Below are positions 10,202-22,900 of a DNA stretch of 64,000 nucleotides, one piece after another. This stretch comes from Eledone cirrhosa. Taxonomy: Eukaryota. Both the position numbers and the translations under genes were made by a program. Location of the stretch: positions 128,650,001 to 128,714,000 of the forward strand of contig OZ024742.1 in NCBI GenBank assembly GCA_964016885.1. The letters are read 5' to 3'. A model generated the notes under the pieces. The model did no database searches. It was not told the DNA's origin and saw only the letters and a list, made by a program, of their open reading frames with translations. Positions within the stretch are counted from its first letter, which is position 1. The number at the start of each line of letters is the position of its first letter.

Positions 10202-12680
10202 TTTGAAAAAATGAAAATAATGAGTTCACTTATAGTTCTAAACAAATTGATTTAATTTTATATTATAATATTATGAGTTGGTAGATTTAGTAGGTTCTTT
10301 GTTAACTTCGGTGGGAAGATTTTTAAAGATTCCTGGTTAACTTTCCTGGAGAACTTTCTCGCATTCGTTGGTGGCGATTGTCAAACTGTGATCAGGTTGT
10401 GATGTGTGACTATATAAGAGAGATTTGGATGTCTGGGGGTGGGATGCGGTGTTAATGAGTGTGGGTGTGAAGGACTGTTGATGAATATTTAAACGAATTT
10501 AAGCCCACACACACACATACATATATATACAGAAAATGGGGACTGTTGACTCAAGATAATGGGATGGGTGTGTTTAAGAAAGGGGCTGTAAAAGTCCTTT
10601 GATGAATATAATGGCAGGATGTTTTTCAAATTCGTTTTTTGTAGCTGAATCAAATCTCTTAAATTTATAAAGAATACCTTCAACAATTTTCTATATTAAA
10701 GATGAATTTAGGTGTGTGTCTGGTGGTGGTGTGGGGTTAATGCGGTATAAGAAACATTCTTTTGATAAGAATGGGATGACAGCAATGAGAAGAATAAGGG
10801 TAGTTTTGGAATATTTGTTAGAAATCTATGTTGTTGATATTGGTTTGGGAGGGGAAATGGGGGGGGGGGCATGCTAGCTCACATATTCCCTTCCCTATAT
10901 GTAAATATACTTACAGCCCATATATATTATACACACATATATATACACACATATACACACACACTCACATATATACACATATCATCATCATTTTACGTCT
11001 TCCACGCTAGCATAGGTTAGTCCTGTTGTGGGCAGTGTCCGGTCGGCTGACCTTGTGTTGCTCATAGGGGAACTGATTCTGGCTTGATTTCTACAGATGG
11101 ATGCTCTTCCTAACACCAACCTCATTTACAGTGAGTGCTGGGTGCTTTTTTTCCGTAGTACCTACACGTCCACTTTACAGTGTGGGCTGGGTGCTTTTTT
11201 GCAGTGGGATGATAGGGACCCCAGTCCTATCATCTCATTTCTACAGCTGAGTAAACTGGAGCAATGTGAAATAAAGTGTCTTGCTCAAGGAAACAACACA
11301 TCACCCAGTCTGAGAATTGAACTCACAACCTTTCGATTGCAAGCCCAATGCTCTAACCATTAAACCATGTGCCTTCATATATATATATATATATATACAT
11401 ACATATGCATACATATATATATATATATATACGCTTACATATATACAAGCACATACACACACATCTACACATATATGTACATACATACATACATATAAAC
11501 ACACACCTATATATATATATACATATGCACACATACATATACATATGTATACACATATCTGTATACCTACAGACACACATACAAACACATCTACACACAC
11601 ATTTATGTATACACATCTACTCAAGTATTTAAGTTCACATATACATTGGGGTGGGGAAGGGGGAATTAATGAAATGTTAGTGCACCTCTGAGGGTTTTTC
11701 TTCTCAACGATCGAATGTTTGAAAGTGCGGGTGTCATCAACTTCTATTTGGATTTTCTTCTTTTTCAATATGGGATTTTTTAAAGAAAAGAGAGAGGGGG
11801 AGAATCCTGTTATTTGAAGATGGAATATCATTTTCTTGTGTTCAGTAGTGGTTTGTACTTTCTAATAAAGAATTCTTCTTTATATTTTCGGAAATGCTCG
11901 TTGTCCGACCATATCTTAAAGAAGAGGAAAATTGTGAATTTTCCCTTTCCGCATATTTGCAAAGTGTTCACTGCACATTGTTGTTTTTGTACTCAAACTC
12001 TGTCATGTAGACCCGTCCCGGTTTCACCAATGCAATATTCTTTACATTGTGGGCAGGTTGCACAGTAAATCAAGTTTTTGGTTTTGCAATTCATGTTTGC
12101 ATTATCTGTGAAAAACTGGGTTTTTTTTAAGATTTGCCCACCTCCTTCCATGTATTAGCAAGTTCCACATCGAGGGTCCCTGCATTTCTTAACTTGCATT
12201 GCTTCATTATTAGATGTAAATTTTGCCTTGGTAAGCAGTTTTTTTAGGTTGGGTGCTTGGCGTCTACTATATATTATTTGTGCGTCTTTTATGAGTGCAT
12301 TCATTTTAGGGGACTGCTGGAGAATCAGGAGATATTGTTTAGCGGCTTTCACAATGTTGAAGTTCCTTGGATTGTGAGGGATGACAAAAGGGATAACTGT
12401 TTTTTCCATTTTATTTTGTTGCCTTGTTTTTCTCAGTGTTGTCACTGGGATGTTCTGGGCTTTGGAGATGGCTGTGATGATGAGGTTCACTGGATATTCT
12501 TGTCTTTTTTCCTGTAGTGAGGGGTGTGTTACTATGGTGCAGATGCATCTTGCCATGTTAAAGGGGTGTGCTGATTGGAAATTCAAGTATTGGTGTGTGT
12601 CTGTTGGTTGTAAAATAAGTCTGTTTTGATATTTCCCCTTCTTTAATGATAAGGATATCCAGAAATGGTAGTTCCTTTTT
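10202..12680 (-). mobile_element. Penelope-like element, decayed (RT C-terminus and GIY-YIG endonuclease at ~11840-12680, plus a presumed 3' region)
   Basis: Minus-strand peptides FLDILI, PTDTHQYLNFQSAHP, RRQAPNLKKLL, CRDPRCGTC, CKTKNLIYCATCPQCKEYCIGETG and KEEFFIRKYKPLLN. The left boundary is approximate. Confidence 0.85.
10981..11377 (-). mobile_element. tRNA SINE family B with an RTE-derived 3' tail
   Basis: Same head as the SINE at 6195. The tail matches the RTE 3'UTR at ~59955-60176 and ends in (GAT)n. Confidence 0.88.
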
Positions 12681-13069
12681 ATTACATTACAAGGTAAATT
12701 TTATTGCTTCCTGAAGATTGTTTAAGAGGAATCAAAATCAAAGAAAATCTTGGAGTCATGAACACAATGGCTACAAGAATATGAAACAAACTATGGGAAA
12801 GACCAAATAAAATCCAAAAAACAAACCCATAAGAAACCCTCAAATTCGGGAATATACAAAAACACAAGAAATGAAGAATTCTCACGCAATAAACAAACAT
12901 CAACAAGAGATCGGAGAATCCCAAACACACAACTATACACAGACCAAATACTGAACACCAGAACCAGATACAACTACAATCAAAAGCCCAAGAACAATTA
13001 CCAGCGAGAAAAATCAAAGACATATGAAGACCGAACGGAACAGCAGAAAAACTAGACCCCATATATTAA

Positions 13070-15512
13070 GAGACTGTTTTTTATTGGGGGTTCCTTTTTT
13101 ATTTGGGGGGGGGGGGGTCCGTTTTTATTTGGAGAACGTTTTTTGTGGTGAGGGGTGGGGAGCTCCGTTTTTTATGGGGGGACTCGTTTTCTATTGGGGT
13201 TGCGTCCGTTTTTTATTTTAGACCGTTTTTTATTTAGGGGGGGGTCCGTTTTTTATTGGGGGGGGGTCTTTTTTATTTGGGGGAGCGGTGGGGGGATCCG
13301 TTTTTTATGGGGGGGCCGTTTTTATTTGGGGGGTGGTCCGTTTTTTATTTGGAGACTTTTTTTCGGGGGAGGGGTGGTGGGTCCGTTTTTTATGGGGTTG
13401 TTCCGTTTTTTATTTGGGGGAGTGGTGGGGGTCCGTTTTTTATGGGGTGGTTCCGTTTTTTATTTGGGGGGTGGGGTTGGGGGATCAGTTGTTTATTTGG
13501 AGACAGTTTTTTATTTGGGGGGAGGGGTGGTGAGTCCATTTTTTATGGGGGGTCCGTTTTTATTGGGAGGGGCCGTTTTTATTGGGAGGGGCCGTTTTTT
13601 ATTTGGGTGGAGGGGTGGTGGGTACGTTTTTTATGGGGGGTTCCGTTTTTTATTTGGAGACCGTTTTTTATTTGGAGGGACGGGTGGGGGTTCAATCTTT
13701 TATTGGGGGGGGGGTCCGTTTTTTATTTGGAGAGGGTTTTTTATTTGGTTGGGGGGTCCGTGTTTTATTTGGGGGGCCGTTTTTTATTTGGAGACCGTTT
13801 TTTATTTGGGGGGGGGTCCGTTTTTTTATTGGGGGCGTCTGTTTTTTATTTGGGGGGAGGGGTGGGGGTTCACTTTTTTATTGGGGGGGTCTGTTTTTTA
13901 TTTGGGGGGAGGGGTGGGGGTTCACTTTTTTATTGGGGGGGTCTGTTTTTTATTTGGGGGGTCTGTTTTTTATTTGGGGGGAGGGGTGGGGGTTCACTTT
14001 TTTATTGGGGGGGTCTGTTTTTTATTTGGAGAGGGTTTTTTTTATTTGGTTGGGGGGTCCGTGTTTTATTTGGAGGGCCATTTTTTATTTGGAGACCGTT
14101 TTTTTTTTATTGGGGGGGTCCGTTTTTTATTGGGGTGTCCGTTTTTATTGGGGGCGTTTGTTTTTTATTTGGGGGAGGGTGGGGGCTACGTTTTTTATGG
14201 GGGGTTGGCCGTTTTTTATTTGGAGTCCATTTTTTATTTGGGGGAGGGGTGAGGGTCCGTTTTTTATGGGGGCCCGTTTTTTATTGGGGATCCGTATTTT
14301 TTTTGGAGACCGTATTTTATTTAGGGGGAGGGGTGGGGGGCTCGTTTTTTATTTGGGGATGGGGGATCCGTTTTTTATGGGGGTTCGTTTTTTTGGGGGG
14401 GGTCTGTATTTTATTTGGAGACCGTTTTTTATTTGGGGGGCGGCGTGGTGGGTCCGTTTTTTATGGGGGTCCGATTTTTATTTGGAGACCGTTTTTTATT
14501 TGGGGGAGGGGTGGTGGGTACGTTTTTTATGAGGGGGTTCCGTTTTTTATTTGGGGGAGGGGTGGGGTCCGTTTTTTATGGGGGTCCGTTTTTTATTGGG
14601 GGATCCGTATTTTATTTGGAGACCGTTTTTTTATTTGGGGGAGCGGTGGGGGATCGTTTTTTATGGGGGGTGTTTTTTATGTTGGGGGTGTCCGTATTTT
14701 ATTTGGAGACCGTTTTGCATTTGGGGGGAGGGGTGGGGGGCCTGTTTTTTATTTGGAGACCGTTTTTTTATTTGGGGGTGCGGTGGGGGATCCGTTTTTT
14801 ATGGGGGTTCGTTTTTTGGGGGGGAGTCCGTATTTTATTTGGAGACTGTTTTTTATTTGGGGGGGAGACGTGGTGGGTCCGTTTTTTATAGGGGGGGTCC
14901 GTTTTTTATTTGGAGACCGTTTTTTATTTGGGGGGAGGGGTGGTGGGTACGTTTTTTATGAGGGGGTTCCGTTTTTTATTTGGAGACCGTTTTTATTTGG
15001 GGGAGGGGTGGGGTCCGTTTTTTATGGGGGTCCGTTTTTTATTGGGGGATCCGTATTTTATTTGGAAACGGTTTTTTTATTTGGGGGAGCGGTGGGGGAT
15101 CCGTTTTTTATGGGGGGTGTTTTTTATGTTGGGGGTGTCCGTATTTTATTTGGAGACCGTTTTGTATTTGGAGGGAGGGGTGGTAGGTCCGTTTTTATGG
15201 GGGAGGTTCCATTTTTTATTGGGGGGGGCTTATTTGGAGACCGTTTTTTATTTGGGGGGTGGGAGGTACGTTTCTTATGGGGGGGGTCCGTTTTTATTTG
15301 GGGGAGGGGTGGGTGGTCCATTTTATATGGGGGGTTCTGTTTTTTATTTGGAGACTGTTTTTTATTTGGGGGAGGGATGGGGGGTCCGTTTTTTATGGGG
15401 GTGTGGCGTTTTTTATTGGTGGGGGTCCGTTTTTTATGGAGGAGTCCATTTTTTTTATTGGGGAGGGGGCTCCGTTTTCTATTGGGGCTGTCTGTTTTTG
15501 ATTGGGGGAGTT
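13070..15512. repeat. G/T-rich degenerate minisatellite (~18-22 bp, GTCCGTTTTTTATTTGGGGG)
   Basis: About 2.4 kb of alternating G-runs and T-runs; the source of the G/F/W-rich ORFs. Confidence 0.95.
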
Positions 15513-16690
15513 TTTTGTGGCATGAGAGCCCTTATTTACATAATTGCATATGTATTTTATCGACTTGACGGAGTTGCAAAACTCAACGTTGATGTGGGCG
15601 TTGAACATCTTCAAGAGAAGCGGGCAGTAAGGGACCACCCATCTATTGTCGACCTGACCTCCCTTTACTGTTGTGGTGAAGCCACCGTTCTCGGGCCGTC
15701 GCCACCAGTCTGAGTCTGGTCAACACATTTTTTTCGGTATCCTTTACTGCACGACCCCCTTTTCAGACACGTGTGATGCTCATTAGGACCTGACGCACAC
15801 GGACCATGTTAGCTTTGACGATGTCATGTAATTCCTGGTCAGTTGCTGGGTTAGGGATTTCAGCCGAAATGAAGCTGTCTATGGCATTTGAATTAATTTT
15901 ATCAGCTAACCAAATCAAAATGTGAGCATGTGGTAGCCCTCGTTTTTCGACGGTGAACATGTTACATTTTACAGCCCCAAATACCTGACCCTTTTTTTTT
16001 TTATTAAAGTCATGAGTTTAGCCCGTTTCAGTCTGAACACTTTGGCAATGAGGTCATGTCTGTTCGAATAATTTTTCCAAGGAAAAAATTCACGGGTTAC
16101 ATTCCGATTCATATGTCTATAGCATTAATCTGTTATATGAAGTGTTATTTTGCAATAAGCCGATTGAAAATGCCCCAGATAAGCCGTATGTCAATACGGA
16201 ACGCTCCACTGCAGTGTTGTCATATAGGGAGTGAAGAGCGACAGAGATAGTAAAGCAGTTAAATTATAGAGGGAGCGAATATACGGAACGCTCCATTTGA
16301 TCATAAACATTGTTTCTCTCTCTGCAGTGTTGTCATATAGGGAGTGAAGAGCGACAGAGATAGTAAAGCAGTTAAATTATAGAGGGAGCGAATATACGGA
16401 ACGCTCCATTTGATCATAAACATTGTTTCTCTCTCTGCAGTGTTGTCATATAGGGAGTGAAGAGCGACAGAGAGAGTAAAGCAGTTAAATTATAGAGAGG
16501 GGGAATGATCATGATCGATTTTTGTCCTTATTGTTGATGGATTTGAAATTTTTTTTGCTTCATGACCTTTTCCTGACCAAAAGCAATAATTGTCCCGACT
16601 TTGAATAGAATCCGTTGGAAATTGTGGACGTGAATCCGTTACAAAACTTAACACACACATCCTCAGCTTTATATATATATATATATATAT
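15513..16690 (-). mobile_element. Helitron, decayed (Rep HUH-domain fragment and 5' end)
   Basis: Rep motif 2 KRGLPHAHILIWL and motif 3 NAHINVEFCNSVKSIKYICNYVNKGS; 5' end TATATATAAAGCTGAGG; internal 113-bp tandem repeat. Confidence 0.9.
16209..16500. repeat. 113-bp tandem repeat (~2.6 copies) inside the Helitron
   Basis: Units start with ctgcagtgttgtcatataggg at 16209, 16322 and 16435. Confidence 0.95.
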
Positions 16691-16749
16691 TGAAATACGC
16701 ATAATAAAATACTTGGAACTCTTATAACCATCTTTTGATCTTATATTAT

Positions 16750-17600
16750 ATATAGGCATAGGTTAATTATAACGTTCGCGAAAATGAAAGTGAATTTTCT
16801 GACAAGTGAATGTGTTTTTTTGTTTTTTTTTACAGTGTAAGTTACGATAGACTATTTGTTTATTTACAACAGGTCTCTATAGTGATATGGTGTTAATTAG
16901 TATTGCGTGTGTGACTATTTTCTCTTATATATATATATATGTGTGGGTGTGTATATGTGTGTATATATATATGTGTCTGTATGTATATATATATGTGTGT
17001 TTGTATATATATATATGTGTTTGTGTCATCATCATCGTTTAGATGTTTTTGTAATATCTTGCCAAAGTTGGCACCAACTATAAACAAATTAATTGTTTCT
17101 ACTTTAGGCACAAGGCCAGCAATTACCCAGTGCATTACTGGTACTTTATTTTATCGACCCCGTAAGGATGAAAGGCAAAGTCAACCTCGGCGGGATTTGA
17201 ACTCAGATCGTAAAGGGACGTAACTATGCTGGAAAGACTATAAACAAATTAATGCCGGGTCATAAGAAGGACAGAGAATGATAAGGGATTTGGGTAAAAA
17301 CATCTAAACGATGATGATGACACAAACACATATATATATATACAAAAACACATATATATATATACATACAGACACACATATATATACACACATATACACA
17401 CCCACACACATATATATAAGAGAAAATAATCACACACGCAATACTAATTAACACCATATCACTATAGAGACCTGTTGTAAATAAACAAATAGTGTATCGT
17501 AACTTACATTGTAAAAAAACAAAACAAACACATTCACTTGTTAGAAAATTCACTTTCATTTTCGCGAACGTTATAATTAACCTATGCCTTATATATATAT
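16750..17600. repeat. ~300-bp inverted repeat (16750-17049 / 17296-17600) with a SINE in the spacer
   Basis: ggcataggttaattataacgttcgcgaaaatg... is mirrored by ...cattttcgcgaacgttataattaacctatgcc, and the internal microsatellites are mirrored too. Confidence 0.92.
17094..17236 (-). mobile_element. SINE family A, 5'-truncated
   Basis: 17-bp TSD actataaacaaattaat (17077-17093 / 17237-17253). Confidence 0.9.
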
Positions 17601-18857
17601 ATATATATAATGTCATCGTGTGGTGACAGTATGTTTACAATGAATAAAATAAAATATTAAGCACGAAAATGCCTCGAGAAAAATTAATATCAACGACATT
17701 CATTTGGCAGTATCGGTAGAGGGTCGGACGCCATGCTTTGACGCATAGAGTTACGGCCCTTGCCATTCTGGAGTTCAAATCCCGCCGAGGTTAACTTTGC
17801 CTTTCATGGCCTTGCTGGCCTTGTGCCAAAAGTAGAAACAATTATTTATTACTTACAACATCAATGATGTTTAAGGTAGTGTACGTGTGTGTACGTGTAC
17901 GTGTATGTGTGTACGCGTGTGTGTAATGTATTGCGTGTTCTGGTGAACGATGAAGATGGTGGTAGCGTGGTTATTGTCACGCTCATCAAAGTCGATGTTT
18001 TAATACTGTGTGTGTATATGTATATGCGCGCACGTCTGTGTGTGTAAACAATAAAACGTAACATATAAGATAAAGCTGAGTGTATTTATAAGGTAGTGAT
18101 GGGTGTATAAGGTGAATTGAATGACGATATTTGTTTGATGAGATAAGTGTCATTGCTCGTCAACGACAATTGCACGAAAACAGTGTCACACGAATCTGAT
18201 GTCGCTTGCGTGACTCAGATCCACAAACGCCTATGGATCCGACAGAGAAGCGACACCAGGCAAATTATTGAATGCAAAGATGACATTCTCTGCTGCTGAT
18301 ACGTTTGGCTTCTGCTTCATTTCTTTCATTTTTTTGTGCATTTTTCGCTTAGTAACATTTATTTTTTCATAAAAGCTTTCTCTTTCTCTCTTTCTATCTA
18401 TCTATCTATCTATCTGGCTGGTTGTGAGAAAGAAGGCGCACGCGTAATACATACACATACACACACACATATGCAGAGATATATCGATAGATACAGGCAG
18501 AGATATAGAGAGGAGGACAGAAGCAGAGAGAAAGAGGAAGACGGACACGTGCACACATTTACAGAGATAGATCGATAGAGAGATAGATAGACGTGCACAC
18601 GAAGAGATAGCGAGGGGACGGACACACACACATACACACATACATAGAATGAGAGACAGACATATAAAGAGATAGAAAGATGGGAGAACACACTCGCACA
18701 CACAGGCAGATCGATTAATAGACAGACAAAGAGATAGAGAGAGAGGGACGGGACACATACATGTACACAGACTAGCAGCCGTACATGTTGATGATGTCCA
18801 GGTATTTTATGAAAGTAATAATGTTTCGGACGATATTATAAAATGTTTGACCAATAA

Positions 18858-19927
18858 CAGTGTACTTTCACTAAAGTAGAACCACAGTGTACTTTCATTA
18901 AAGTAGACTCACAGTGTACTTTTACTAAAGCAGGATTACAATGTACTTTTACTAAAGTAGAAACACAATGTACTTATACTAAAGTAGAAACACAATGTAC
19001 TTTTATTAAAGTAGAAACACAATGTACTTATACTAAAGTAGAAACACAATGTACTTTTATTAAAGTAGAAACACAATGTACTTATACTAAAGTAGAAACA
19101 CAATGTACTTTTATTAAAGTAGAAACACAATGTACTTATACTAAAGTAGAAACACAATGTACTTATACTAAAGTAGAAACACAATGTACTTATACTAAAG
19201 TAGAAACACAATGTACTTATACTAAAGTAGAAACACAATGTACTTATACTAAAGTAGAAACACAATGTACTTTTATTAAAGTAGAAACATTGTACTTTTA
19301 TTAAAATAGAAACACAGTGTACTTTTATTAAAATAGAAACAGTGTACTTTTATTAAAATAGAAACACAGTGTACTTTTATTAAAGTAGAAACATTGTACT
19401 TTTATTAAAGTAGAAACATTGTACTTTTATTAAAATAGAAACACAGTGTACTTTTATTAAAATAGAAACAGTGTACTTTTATTAAAATAGAAACACAGTG
19501 TACTTTTATTAAAGTAGAAACATTGTACTTTTATTAAAATAGAAACAGTGTACTTTTATTAAAATAGAAACACAGTGTACTTTTACTAAAGTAGAATTGC
19601 AATGTACTTTTACTAAAGTAGAAACACAGTGTAGTTTTATTAAAGTAGAAACACAGTGTACTTTTACTAGAGTAGAAACACAGTGTACTTTTACTAAAGC
19701 AGGATTACAGTGTACTTTCTCTAAAGTAGAAACACAGTGTACTTTTACTAAAGTAGAATTACAGTGTACTTTTACTAAAGTAGGATTACAGTGTACTTTC
19801 ACTAAAATAGAAACACTGTACTTTTACTAAAGTAGGATTACAGTGTACTTTCACTAAAATAGAAACACAGTGTACTTTTACTAAAATAGAAACACAGTGT
19901 ACTTTTACTAAAGTAGAAACACAGTGT
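18858..19927. repeat. 27-bp palindromic satellite (AAAGTAGAAACACAGTGTACTTTTACT)n, left part
   Basis: Period directly visible, with a 9-aa periodic translation. Confidence 0.97.
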
Positions 19928-22900
19928 CATCATCATCATCACCATCATCGTTTAACGTCCATCTTCCACGCTAGCATGGGTTTAGACGGGAATTGTCCCA
20001 CTTGAGGCAAGATTGGTTGTCTTGCTTGTATAGGACTGTTTGGCAGGTTTTCTACGGCTGGATGCCCTTCCTAAACCCAACCACGTTTACAGTGTGGACT
20101 GGGAGGTTTTTACCATGTTACCTACACGGCCACATTACAGCCTGGACTGTGTTTTTTTTTTTTTTTTGTCGTGACACCTACACGACCTCATTTATTTAGG
20201 ACTGGATGTTGTGGCACCAACATAACTTTACAAAGAAAGGGGTGGTGTTGATAGAGGTGGGGTGCGGGAGTTGGGGTAGTGGATGGGGGGTGTATATTTG
20301 ATTAAGAGGTGCCTACTGACTGTAGGTTTCGGTTTGTATTAGGCAAGGCGGGTCTTCTGTATTACTGCGTAGCACCAAAGATCTCGGTCCAGCGACATTG
20401 TCTTAGAGAGGTAGGTGTAAGTGTGTAAGGTCAGAATTTATCAAATCGCCCCAGGTTTTTCTGGGTCTACCTACTCTGTAACTACCATCAATTTTGATCG
20501 CCCTGCACTTTTTTATACAGCTCTCGTCTTTCATGCGCATCACGTGACCATTCCAACGTAGTCTTCTCTCGAATTTCTGCCTACTCCTTTCCTACACACT
20601 GAGCATGGCCATTTCCCAGAGGGGACCTGTGCCCTATTTTCCTTCCTACATACTAGAACTTTAGTCTTAGACAAGTTAACTTTAAGGCCTTTTGATTCTA
20701 GGCCATGCTTCCATGTTTGGAATTTCTTCTCTAGTTCATACATCGATTCAGCTATTAGCGTTAGATCATCTGAGTATAGAAGTTCCCATGGGCAGTCGGT
20801 CTTGAACTCCTCTGTTATAGCCTGAAGGGCAATAATAAATAGGAGGGGCTAAGGACAGAGCCCTGATGAACACCAATTTTTACGCTAAATTCTTCACTAT
20901 ATTCGTTGTTAATTCTAACCTTGCTGACTGTTTCTTTATACATGGCTTGTATAGCTCTCACAAGGCATTCATCAACCCCTTCTTTTCTAAGGGCCCACCA
21001 GATAATGGCGCGGGGGTTTAGGATAATGGTATAGGGGTTTACTTTTAGCTAGGTACTTCTCCTGTAGTTGTCGTACAAGAAAAAGGGCGTCTGTGTTACT
21101 TTTACCTGATACAAACCCAAACTGCATTTCGTCTAGATCGATTTTCTCTCTGATTAGTTGCGCTATAATTTTTTCTGTGACCTTCATGACTTGGTCGATT
21201 AATTTAATGCCTCTATAGTTTCCTCTATCTAGTGCATCTCCTTTACCCTTGTAGCAGTTAATGATGATGATGCTACACCAGTCATTTGGTATGACCCCGT
21301 TCTGTATGATTTGGTTTACTATCCGGGTGACCATGGTGTGTCCCACCGTTCCAGATGCTTTCAGCATTTCAGCAACTATCTCCAAAGGCCCAGCTGCCTT
21401 GCCTGTCTTCATATCTTTGATTGCCTTACTTATTATACTACCTTCAACTTGCACTGCTGGTCCTTCTATTGGATCGATGTGTGGCAGAATATCTCTGTCC
21501 CATTTATTCTCCTCATTTAGTAGCTTCTCGTAGTGACACTTCCAAGCTACCTTCTTATCAGCGTCAGTGATGGCAAGTACACCATCATCATTACGGACAC
21601 ACTTCTCCCCAACAATATCACGGTTTTCCTTGTCACATTGCCTAGCAATCCTGAACACCTCACGTTTTTGGTCCTCGCGGTGTATAACATGCTTGAACTT
21701 TCTTTTCACTGCTTCCCTTCTTGCAAAGTACACTTGTCTCCTAGTTTCCATCCTGGCCACTAGATAGTGTTCTCTACTTCCCCCATCCCGCCATACTTTC
21801 CAAGCCTGCTTTTTGGCCTTGATTGACTCCTCCACCTTACTGTTCCACCACCAAGTTATTCTCCTCCTGTCTATAGGTCTGCTCCAGCCACAGATTTCGT
21901 CTGTCGCCTTCAGCAGGTTAACTTCCAGGAATTCCCACTGTTCCTCTATATTGTACGACTCTAATTGCTCTTCCTTACTGTCAAAAGCATCAAGTGGTAT
22001 GCTTTTAAATTTGTTATTGGCTGTGGAGTCCTTTAACTTCCATATTCTTCTCCTTAGGGTTCGTCCTCCTCTGTTGTCGAGTACGTCTCGTCCTGACTAT
22101 GAGGTCGCTAACTATGAGGCTATGTTGGGAGGTGCATTCTTCATGAGGGGGCGGGGGGTTAGTGTTTACAACAGACACTCTGTCACGTCTTCTGGTAAGG
22201 ATATAATCTATCTGACTGGCGTGTTCCCTTGATTTATAGGTGATCAAGTGATTGTCTCGTTTTTTGAAGTTTGTGTTACAGATATGTTTCTTATTTAGCC
22301 ACAGGGGCACAAAAGAAGGGGACAAATACAAAGGGGGGAAGTTTACATACAATAAAAACGTGTAAAATACTATCACAAATGCAATTTAAAAAACAATCGA
22401 TTTTCCCCAATAGGGGGAGACATTACATATGGGTAACACATACCCCCGAAAAAATGTGCAACCCTCATCTCCAGGAGGACGAAGAGTGAGTACCACTTTC
22501 CTCTCTTCCTCCTTTTCCTCAACCTACAGACTGATATAGAGAGAAGGCCCATTCACTCGGGCCATTCTCGCCACTTTCACCCACCTTTCATAAAACTTAC
22601 TGGAGTACAGCACCTCTCTCTCCATCCCGATTCTTCTTCCAAAGTGGTATTTGAAAAAAAGAATCGGTTGTTGGCCGGAGAGAAAGGTGTCTGACCTCAG
22701 CCCTTTTAACCTCGTCCACCATACAACCTCTTTCGCCATGGCTATCACACAGAGGAAAACCGCCTCTCCTTTTGAAGGAGGGTGGCGGTTTGATCATAAC
22801 AGTGGACTCAGTGGTCAACCGGATTGGTTCCACCCGCGACAATAGTCGTTCTACATAGCCCCACAAGTAGGTAACGTCCGGGCAGTGTACGAATGCGTGC

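Noticed and set aside
13155-15713. G/F/W-rich ORFs up to 770 aa
   Set aside because: They come from the G/T minisatellite, which is open in several frames because stop codons are scarce.
22270-22310. RTE-Tx1 chimera formed by template switching
   Set aside because: The RTE endonuclease resumes at 24836, so this is a nested insertion.
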